Source: a virus (Duplodnaviria; Caudoviricetes). Taken from it: a stretch of 32,407 bases of DNA. The stretch covers positions 1-32,407 of the IMG/VR virus record IMGVR_UViG_3300032218_001253; one strand, 5' to 3'. Every line of letters begins with the position of its first letter. Position 1 is the first letter of the stretch. Positions 18,601 to 30,600 of this stretch are shown here, in pieces. The notes beneath the pieces are model-generated. The model searched no databases and was not told where the DNA came from. It worked only from the letters and a program-made list of their open reading frames with translations. The position numbers and the translations under genes are program-made.

Positions 18601-21600
18601 TCAAGAACTGCGGATTGGAATGGTACTGTAAACGCATTGGGCTTTATCTTAAGTCAAGATAATATAAAAGATTGGTCTAATAGCGAAAAATATACTAAAG
18701 GACAGATAGTAACATATAAAAACAAATATTATGTCGCACAAAGAATAATAGCTCCTAGCAATGATTTTCAATCATTGTATTGGAAAGAGATACAATATAG
18801 CGATATACAGATTGGTATGTTAGCTAATCCTGCCAATCGTGCATATGAAAGCACTTTATATTATGATATACATCAAGCAAATCTTCATCAAGATGCAGAT
18901 TTGTTGAGCTTCAGTCTCATTGGATATCGTCCTAGAGATTACCTAACACTGATAGATTTGAGCGATATCAGTCAGGTTCAAGTATATCAGAATCTCATTA
19001 GAAACAAAGGCACTAATAACGCAATCGATATGTTTGTTGGCGCTAAACTACCTCAGGGACCTATCGACTATAAGACATATGAAAACTGGGCAATACAGAC
19101 CGGTAGCTTTGGTGGATTATTAAATGAGAACTTCGTAGAGTTTAGGATAAATCAAGCACTGATGACCGGCGATCCAAGTATTGTAAGCTTGCTTGATAGC
19201 GTCAAGACTGAAGGTTCTATGCAAGAAGTGCCTATATGGCAGCTATACAATTATAATACTAAGATCGATAGTGCAAATATTTTAACTACATTGGATGGTT
19301 ATCCAGAACAAGTGTTATACCCTAGCGCAGGTTTCGTGAACTATGGCGATGTAAAGATGGCTAGTTATTTTTATTCTGGTCTACCTTTCGCAGTTGACAC
19401 ATATAATAAAACAGTACCGATCAATAAATTTTATGTCGGCGAATACATGTGGCTAGCAAACTTCAAAGAACGTTGGGAAGTATTCGGTTGGAAGAGCATC
19501 GGTCAAGTGTTTACTGTAAAAAACAATGCCAACCAGACAGCTACTATAACTTTCGATAGAGACCACAATTTGATCAAGAATGATCCAGTGGCAATAGCGA
19601 ATTTCTCTATAACTGTAGATGGATATTATATCGTCACTGATGTAGTCAATTTGCGTGAGGTTATTATCAACCTAAATATTACAAATCCAAACAATAACAA
19701 TGTATTACAAGGTAAAGGTCTTGGGTTTAGTTTCCAGAGCCATAGAGTAAGTAATCCTGCTGACATCGCTAATATGGATCTGATAGAGAATGATTTCATC
19801 AAGAACCGTGTATGGGTAGATAACAACGTAGATGGAAACTGGGCAGTATATGAAAAATCTATCAACTTTAATAAAATTGCAGAGTTGAAAAACAGCAATC
19901 TAACTACTTTTGGTACAAGTGTAGCATACACAGACAATGCGGGTTATTTTGTAGGTGACGCTAGTGCCGGAGAAGTATATAGATACAAATATGATAGCAA
20001 TACAAATACGTTTATACCTGTAGAGACTTTAACAGGATCTACTAGTTTTGGTACGAGCATAGCTCATGCAAATAATTTCTATGCGATAAGTCAACCTACT
20101 ACTAGTCCTAGAGTCAACATATATGTACTAAACAATTCGGTATTGACTAATCAACTTACATCTGTAGTACAGGCTATAACAGCACTAGACGGAAGTACCG
20201 ATTGGGGTGATAAGATCACATTCAGTGATGACGGTAATTTTCTATTCATATCAGCACTCGATCTAGGTAAGGTATATGTTTATCAAAAACAAAATATAGA
20301 CATCAATGCTGGTCATTTCAATATAGGAGATGTATATACTATAAAGACTGTAGGTGATACAGACTTTATAGCTATAGGCGCTATCGATAACAAAGTTGGA
20401 ATAACCTTCGTAGCAACAGGAATTGGATCTGGTACAGGAGTAGCAACTCTTAATACATATATCCATAGTAATACGATAACTGGTTCTAGCAGTGACAGAT
20501 ATGGTAATAGCATATCAACTAGTTACAGAGGAAATAGACTATTAGTTGGAAGTCCATACTATGATGGAACAGTTACCAATTGGGGTAAAGCTGACTTATA
20601 TCTACGAAGCGAGCAGAATTTCATAGCTCCATATAATAGCGTTTCATATCAAAAGTTTAATTTTGATCTGGCATGGACTCCAAATAATATCGCAGGAGTC
20701 ACTGGTTCAGCAGTAAGTTCAAATGCTATAACATTGTCAAGCGTGACCAACATTACTGTAAACACACCTATCATGTTTATAGGTAACACTGGTAGTTATA
20801 ATGACTTCAAGAATTCAGGCATAAATCCTCTGGTTGTTTATTATGTGCAATCTGTTGTTGGAAGCACGATCAAGTTAAAGAGTAGCAGAAACAATAATGC
20901 TGTATTAACATTTACTAATGCTACTAGCCTTAACTTCACTGCGTATGCACAGACAAATCAGATGTTTGTCTATGTGAATGGATACAGCGTTCAAGACAAC
21001 AATTATGGTGTGGCTAATAATAGATTCTATTGGCTCAGTGATCTAAACGCCGGCGATATAGTTTCTATAAGCGATAACTATTTCTATAAAGTACAAACTT
21101 TTAATAGTGATTATAATGACAGAATCGATATAAATTTTGGCATTAGTGTAGATATGAATACTAGCGGAAATGACATAGTTGTAGGAAGTCCGTTTGAAGT
21201 AAATGACAATAATGTAGAAGGGGCAGTTTATAGTTTTGTAAACGGCGGTGCAAAATACGGAACTATAATAGGAACCAGTGCTTGCAATATAACTACAAAT
21301 AGAACTATTTTATTAAATGGATATAGCCTAACACTTACTCCAGGTAATGCAAGTTCAGTAGCTACACAGATAAACAGTAATAATTTGATCAACATCCAAG
21401 CTATGGCTACTAGTGACAATAAGCTCGTGATAGAACTTATCGACAAATCATTGAGTCCAGCGAATGAGATGTTGTCATTAACTGTTTTCGGAGACAGTGT
21501 ATTAACTGAGTTAGGTATCAACTTATTTACTAAAACACAAGTTATAACGACTCCGCATGCGGTAGGTAGAACTGCATTTGGTACTAATGTAAAAATCAAT

Positions 21601-24600
21601 AATAGAAACAGTTTATTGATCAGTGCACCTACAAGCACTCGCTATGAAGGCACGTTCTTTGATTTCATAGATGACGAGAACTTTGATAATGACACTTTAT
21701 TTGATAATAATGCTACACAGTTTGTGGATACATATGAAAATGCCGGTAGTGTATTCCTATTCGAATATCTCGCTAATTATCAAGAAAGCTTGAATAATCC
21801 AGGCAAATATGTATATGCACAGAATGTAAATGACGATACATTGGATTATGGCAATAATCCCAATTATGGAAATAGTCTTGAGTTTGTTGACAACAAGATA
21901 ATGATAGGCTATCAGAATTTTGATACAGTATCAACTGGGGGCAAAGTTCTAGTATTCGTATCACCTAACAGCATGACAGACTGGGTAGAATATAGGAAAC
22001 CTGTAAACATTGTAGACACTAGTAAGATCAACAATGTGCAGTTGTTTAGTGCTAAGACTAATCAAACATTATCTAGTCTTGATTATGTGGATCCATTACA
22101 GAATAAACTATTGGGCATAGCACGTGAGAATATAGATTATGTGAGTGCTACCGATCCTGCTAATTATAATGTAAACTATCTCCCGCAATCAGGAATGCTG
22201 TGGGGAGCCGAACATGTAGGTAAAATATGGTTCGACACCAACAATGTTCGTTGGTTTAACTATCATCAAAATGATCTAGTTTATAACAGCAGACACTGGG
22301 GACAAGTATTTCCGGGCAGCGATGTAGCAGTATATACTTGGGTAGAAAGTGATGTGACTCCTAATAATTATCAGGGTCCTGGCACAGTTTATGATGAGAA
22401 CCAATACAACATCAATAGCATGTTGAATAGTAGTGGTATAGTCGTACCTACATATTATTTCTGGGTAAGAAATACTAATACCATCTATAGCAATAAGGGA
22501 AAAACACTAAGCGATAATATCATTGAAGGTTACATAACTAATCCAAATAACAGCGGTGTACCATTAGTTGCGTTCTTACTTCCAAATACATTCAGTATGT
22601 ATAATTGTGGATCGTTTTTTGATGGCATTGATACTATATTTCATATCGGATACAATAATAACATAGGCGAGGATGTGTCTCATAATGAATATAGTTTGAT
22701 ACGTGAGAATTTTGCAGACGATTTCTTACCCGGTTTCCCATTAAAAAATATCAACGCAGTAGGAAATCCAACTAGCCTATATTCAAAGTTTTTAGATAGC
22801 CTGTCAGGCTGTGATACCAACGGACAAGTAGTTCCAAATCCATTCTTGCCAGAGAATACAAGACAAGGAATATTGAATACACCAAGACAGAGCTTCTTCT
22901 ATAATAGAAACCTAGCATTGAAGAATTATCTTGATTATTGCAATAGTATATTAAAACAATATCCTATCATTGAATCACGTGAAGAATTAAGCTTTCTATT
23001 CGTCAAAGATGATTTTTATGATACTACTACCTATTGGCAGTATATCAACTGGTGGGCAGATGGATATGACGATAGCACTAAAACATCCGTACAAGTATCA
23101 GTATACGCAGACCTAGCGTCTTTAGATAATACTAAAGAAGGAACGCTAGCCAAAGTTGAAAAGAACGGATCTGGTAAATTTGAAGTATATAGAAATGATG
23201 GCAACGGAGTATGGACTCGTGTGGGTCTTGAAAACGGTACATTAAAATTTAATTCATATCTATACGATTTTGTTACTGCAAAGATAGGTTATAGCGGTAA
23301 CTTCTTCGATACTGATCCATATGATTCTTTCCCAAGCTCTGAGACAAGAAATATACTACGTGCACTAAATGAACAGATTTTTATACAAGATTTCTTGGTT
23401 TATAGAAACAAAAGTTTGATATTGCTATTCAATTATATACAGAGCGAGACTATCGAGAGTGAGAATTATCTGCCATGGCTAACTAAGACAAGTATGGTAG
23501 ACGTTTCTCATACTGTAAGAGAATTAAAATCATATCAAATTTACAAGAATGATGATCAAACATTCTTGAATAACTTCATCAATGAAGCTAAACCATATCA
23601 TGTGGTTATCAAAGATTTCTTATTTAAATATACTGGTATTGAAAAATATGATGGTAACTTCACTGACTTTGATATCCCAGCAAGATATAATCAAAAGTAT
23701 GGAAAATTCATAAGCCCGCAGATGACTTATGCAGAATATCCAAATAATGAAAACGAATATACGTATACTAATAGTTTATGGCAGACCGATCTTTATAAAG
23801 AATGGTATGAGAATTATGGTTTATCATTAGGAAATCCCGTCTACAGTAACGGGACAATCATAAACTATGTTGGTCAACCAAACTATCATATAACAACATT
23901 GAAATCATACCTAACATTAGGTACAAGGTCATTATACGTAGATAACGCATCAGGATTCCCTACTACCGGTGTGATAAAAATCGATGATGAGTATATCGGT
24001 TATAGCACAGTCGATAGAGATAATAATATATTAAGTGGTTTATCTAGGGGATTAAACTCTACTGATATATCAAATCACTATCCAAATACTCCTATCTACA
24101 TTGATCTACCTGCCGCATTGCTATTATATGGAGGAAGATTATATAATAATCCACCAAAAATAACTGCTAATATTGATACATCAATATTCCCTGCCCCAAA
24201 GGTAGAAGCAAGCTTTACTCCGATAATGGCATTGGATGTAGTAACAGACATTAAAATAACAAATCCAGGTAAAGGATATGCAGTAACACCTGAATTGATA
24301 ATCGAACCGGCGTTGTCTATCACATTTGATAACACTATGATTATTAGTAAACTTAATAATCTAAGATTGTATGCACCTGATCTAAGATCAGGAGATTTAG
24401 TGCAGTTTAAAAATGTAGATGGTGCTGGTGTCGGTAATCTTAAAGATGGCGGCTGGTATTACGTAGGAGTATTAGAAACTACACCTGCTACAATAATAGC
24501 TTTATATAACAATTATGTAGATAGTGTTTCTGGAACAATACATGGCATCCCTATATATGATATAGGTACATCTACTGGAATGACATTAAATCTCGGTGCA

Positions 24601-27600
24601 AGAGCTATTGCTATACCACAAGCTACTCCGGTTCGTGAAAATATCATGAGGCTTCGTTATGATAGAACTAGCTATCAGAGTCACATCAGCGATTGGGAAA
24701 AAGGAAGCTTTTATGGTGCTTTCTATGCAGGTAGTTACCACAACACTGATAAACAAGCTAGTACACACATAACATTAGAAAGTACTAGCCCGGATATCAA
24801 TTCTATAAGAGCTAGTTCGAATGATGTAGTATTTGAGATAGTAGATGCTGTCGATGAGAAAACACTAGTATGGTCTAGCTATAATAGGGTAGTAAGTAAG
24901 ACTCTTATAACAGATAATATAATAAGGCTGGCACCACAAGACGGTAATAATCCAGATTTAAGTCAGATGGAATTAAATGCTAGTGGTACTACAATTGGTT
25001 TCTACAAGAATATGCCTGTAAAATTTGAAGGTACCGCATGTGATTCAAATATCAGTATAGGCACTACTTACTATGTACATAGCATTATTAACGAAGTTGA
25101 CTTTACAATTTCAACAAGTATCGACGGCTCTGTGTTGTCGTTAACTGGCGGAATTGCTACTATACCAATGACATGTATAACCGGAGCTTATGACGGTAAA
25201 GTAGTATTAACTGCAAATTATCCTAACTTGTTACAGGCAACAGAAGCTAAATCAGATATCAATAGTATAACAATACCTCTATCATTGATAGGTACTGGTG
25301 GAACAACTACGTTCACTCCTAGGACAATATTGTGGTTTACTGCAACTAATCCTGGAGAGAGTATGTTTGGTAATCTTATCGAAAATCAGGTATACTATGT
25401 CAATACTATAATCGATGAGGAAACATTTACTTTATCACAAATAGATATAAATGTTGCTACTAATATACAGGATAGGCCATTCACTGATACTGTGGTAACA
25501 CCATTGTATAAAGCAAATGTCACTCAGACTATAAGTTTAGGGAATGCGATAGTATTGGACAGCGCAGTGGAGTTCACAGAAAAGAATCCCGTTATCTTTA
25601 CTGGTACTACTTTTGGTAATATCGTTTCTGGTAAACTCTACTACGTTCTACAAAAATTATCGCCTACTCAGATCACCATCAGTGAGAATATAAATGGTAA
25701 TGTTCTTGTTGTAACAGATGATACTGGTAGCTGTGTGGCTAATAATCAGAAAAACGCAGTAAAACTCTCAACTAGTACAGGTACTATGACTGCAAACGTA
25801 TCCTTGCCAGTAAGTCCGGGACAAGTTAACGGTCAAGCATTTGAATTTTATAAGACTTCAAATCTAATACCCAATATCGGTAGCACAACATATACAATAA
25901 CTGACACGTTGCATAAAAATGTTTATGCTGCAATAACCGGTGTTAATAGATTAGCTCTAGATGATACAAGTTGGTTATATAAAAATATGCCAGTACAGTT
26001 ACGTACAAGCATCGGTGGATTGAGTTCCAGCACTACTTATTATGTAAAAGATTATACAGGTGGGGCAGACCCTGCAGACAGCAGTAAAACATTAGGACCC
26101 ATAACCGTAATCTGCGATAGTACTAGTAGTACTGGTAATAAAATTCACTGTAATACAGATTATAACACTTCTTCGCTGTATCTAGGTATGCCTATAGTAT
26201 TCAGCGGTGTGGGTCTAGGTAACATCGTAGTAGATGAAGCATATGTCGTATACAGTATTATCGATAGCAAAAACTTCACTATATCTACTGATGGTAGCAC
26301 TGTCGTCGTGCTCAAAAACGATACAGGCGTCATGACCGGTACTGGTATACCATATATAACATTGTCAAGCACACCTAACGGTTCTACACTAGCTATTACT
26401 AGCACGGCAGTAGTTACCAATCCTATAAAACTTGATCAGACTATTTTGACATACCCAGTATTCACCTTGTCATATATTCTAGGTGGTTATAGAGCTATAA
26501 TCACCAACGGTGGTAGTGGATTTGCTATAACTAATCAGATTGTTATTCCTGGCACTGTTTTAGGTGGAAAGAATACAACAAATGACATCACACTTGAAGT
26601 CAATACGATTGATAGTAGTGGGTCAATAACAGATGTGATAGTATCAGGTGTTGTTCCTATACCAACCCAGACATACTATTTAAAAATTCGCGGTAATAAA
26701 CAGTTTGAAGTATATCTCGACAAAGCACTTTCCGTGCCTGTTAAATTTGATGATTTTACTTATACTGGTTTTGCATCTACATTAGCTACCGCAGTAACTG
26801 CGAGTAATGATAGAATAACTGTTTCTGATAGTTCGATATTTAATTTATATGATCCTGTAGTGTTTACTGGTGATATTTTTAGTAGCGATATCAACATAGC
26901 ACAGACATATTATGTAAAATCTATAGTATCCGGAACAGCTATCACGATATCAACTGTTCCAAATGGTACAACATTGAATATCAGTAGTGATGCAAGTGGA
27001 TCTATGAACATAGCTAAATCAGGAAGCTATATGTTCTTACCAGAACCTTTCTTCTTCAGTGCATCTATAATTAGATTTAACAATAGATTATATAACTGTT
27101 TGGTAAGCAATAACGATAACGAGTTCGTTATCGGTAAATGGGAATTGATCGATAGCGGAGATCCAAGAATCAATGCTATGGATAGAGTGATCGGTTATTA
27201 TCAACCAACAAGAAATATGCCAGGTAGAGATTTGACACAGCTATATGATGGTGTTACATATCCAAACAGCATCTATAAAGGAAATAGTTTCTCACCGTCA
27301 TTGCAATATGATTTAGACACTAAGCTTAAAGATTTAGAATTCTATCCTACAAATGTAGAACTTACATCTGTCGTTTATAATAATGGTTATTATGCAAGTG
27401 CTAACCTATTAAATTATAGTGCTATAGTTTATAGCATGGACGGAGTAAATTGGATAGATGCAAAACTAGCAACTTCTAACATTAATTTTACAGATATGCT
27501 ATATGCTAACGGCGTATATCTAATCACATCTACTAATCCATTTACTCCTATATATAGAAGCAATAACGGTATGGATTGGTCTACTAATGGTTCATTCACA

Positions 27601-30600
27601 CCATGGGGTTCAGTAGCTTGGGATACAGAAAATTATGATTCTACTAGCTTGAGTATAGCTCAGTTGAGCTTAGAGGCAGTGACATATTTCAACGGATTAT
27701 ATATCGCAGTGGGCGATAGCATTATATATAGCCTAGACACATATGACTGGGTTGAGACAAAAACATATCCGGTAAACAAGAACTTCCAGTTATATGACAT
27801 AGCACCTGCAAGTACTAGTAACTTTACTGGCGTGGTTGCAGTTGGTATTGGAAGTGTGTCTGTCGTGACTAATGACATAACAATAACTAATCCTACTAAT
27901 TTGATCACTTATTCATATGATGGTAAAAATTATAACGATTTAAATCCTATAACAGATTATGAGCTTTATACTGTTGCTAGCAGCGATACTCTTATAATAG
28001 CAGCAGGAGAAAGTGGCATCATTTATAGCTCAAGTGATGCTATAAATTGGCAAGGACATAATGAATTTTTCGTGAGTAGTTTCAACCCTACTAACGGCAT
28101 CATGAACATATCGCCTGTATTGATATCTGTAGGAACACCATTGACATTTAGTCAACCATTTAGTTCTATAGATACTACTACCACTTATTATGTAAAAAGT
28201 ATACTCAGTGATACACTTATTACTATCAGCCTAACCGACGGCGGCAGTGTTTATACTGGATCAGTAAATGCAGGTTCATTCATCATAGGTAGTCCATATA
28301 CTATACAATCATTGGGAACTACTAATTGGAATAGTATAGGGTATATAGGTACACCCGCTGTAGGTGGTACATTCAATGCTACAGGGGTTGGGTCTGGCAC
28401 TGGAACTGCATATGCTATAAGCAATGTATTGCCTGGAACTAAAGGATATGGCTATGATAATCTAAGCATATGGTCTATAACTTATAACAACAATGTTTGG
28501 GTTCTAGTAGGAGAACAGGGCAAGATACAGACTTCTACTGACGGAACAACTTGGATTACAAGAACTTCTAATACACTAGAAAGTCTTAATAATGTTACTT
28601 ACGTTAGTTCGTTAGATCAATTTGTCGTTGTGGGTGACAACAATACTATACTTGTTAGTAACGATAACGGCGTCACTTGGGACGATGTATCATTGTTCTC
28701 TGTAAATCCTGCAAAACATGTTGTAAAGGGAGATGAATTTAAATATGGATATGGTCCAGAAGAACTAGTACCTGGACTGATACGTGATAATATGATGATG
28801 ACAGTTAGAACACGCCCTGGTGTAAACTGGGACAGTGCTGTATATCAGCACACTGGATTCACTGCGGTCAGTAAAGAATTTACTCCTATCACCGACCTAC
28901 AAAAAGTATATAATTTTGATGGTATAACACAATATCCAGCAAGAGTAATAGTTCAGAAGATAGACAGCACTAGTGGTCTAGGTACTACATTGTATGAAGG
29001 AATCGATTATACAGTAGAATGGGTATATAAAAATATAACTCTAACTACACCACTCACATTGACACCATTGGAAAAACTTCGTGTAGATGTATATGAAGTA
29101 GGTAATGGAAATCAATTGACAAGTTCTAACACTGACATTGATCCTATCAGAGTTAATACTGTTACTGGATTCAATGAAATATATACCAATTGTAATTTTA
29201 CTGGTACTATATTCCAAGGCAGCGGAGTCGTGCAACCAAACACTTATGAATCAAGTGTTCTTGCTACACAGACTGAAAGTATAAGCAATCGAATCACATT
29301 AGATAATGTTGCTGGTTTAACTATAGGAGCTCCTATAACTTTCAGTGGTATCGTATTTGGTAGTATCATATCAAATACCACTTATTACATTAAGACTGTA
29401 AGTAATGCAACAAATACTATTACAGTAAGCGTCACATATGATGTAGATACAGGAACATCAGGACCTACTGTTCCTCTGACAGACGGTACAGGAACAATGT
29501 ATCTAAATCTAAGTATAGGTTCAGAAATACCATGGACTGCTCCTATAATCTATAATAATGGAGTCAAGCTTGTACAAGGATACAGTAGTAATATAATAGA
29601 GACAATCTCAGGAAGTAATTATATAATTACTGATAGCACTGCTGGAATGGTACCCAACTGTAAGATTATTTTCAGTAATACTGCATTTGGAAATCTAAAT
29701 CCATTGACAACATATTACGTAAAGACAATCGTCAATTTCAAGACATTCACCGTATCTGCTACACCCGGCGGAAGTGAAGTTAGTTTGGCTGATGCTCTTG
29801 GTGTTGCAACTTATATAACATTTGATTATAGTTTTGGTATACAATCGAATGGTATAAATGCAACTATCATATTCGCTAGCAATACTCTAACAAACGATAG
29901 TAATTATCTAAATTATACATTGTTTGGAGAAACTACTCCAACTCAGTATGGATATTCTATTCCAGAAACACAGATGTTTACTGGAGATGGATCTACTACT
30001 GTGTTCACACTGACAAACAACGTAGGTGGAACAAATAATACAAATGGTATAGTAGAGATAAATGGATTGAGACAGACATCAACTGCATATACTATCAATT
30101 TTATAACAAATAAACTTACTTTTACTAGTGCACCTGCTACTAATTCAAAAATAGCGGTTACTACATTCAATGACACCAACCAGCAGTATCTACATACTCA
30201 GTATGGCGATACTATAAGCGTAAGTAAGATTACATATGTTAATAACACTGTTTCACCTGCTATCGCTGTTGGTCAAGCTACAGGAACTTCAAGCACAAAC
30301 AATCAGATAACTGTCAATAGCACTACGAATTTCGTAGCCGGACAACGAATCGAGTTCAAAGGTACGAGTTTTGGTAATGTAGCAACAGATGGAACCGTAT
30401 ACTATATCAAGCAAGTAGTCGATAGCACTCATATAACTATACAAGATTATCTTGGTAATCAGATAGTGCTTAATACTGCTGTTGGTTTCATGAGTGTTAC
30501 TGTTGGTGGACTACCGGCAGTTATAATAACAGTGAATTCTGATCCGACTTGGACTAATAATACTAAGATTCGTATTGATGGTTTAGGTGGCTCTACTGAG

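Noticed and set aside
19626-30179. Minus-strand ORFs inside the giant gene
   Set aside because: Short antisense shadows are expected over 19 kb; none has a recognisable motif.
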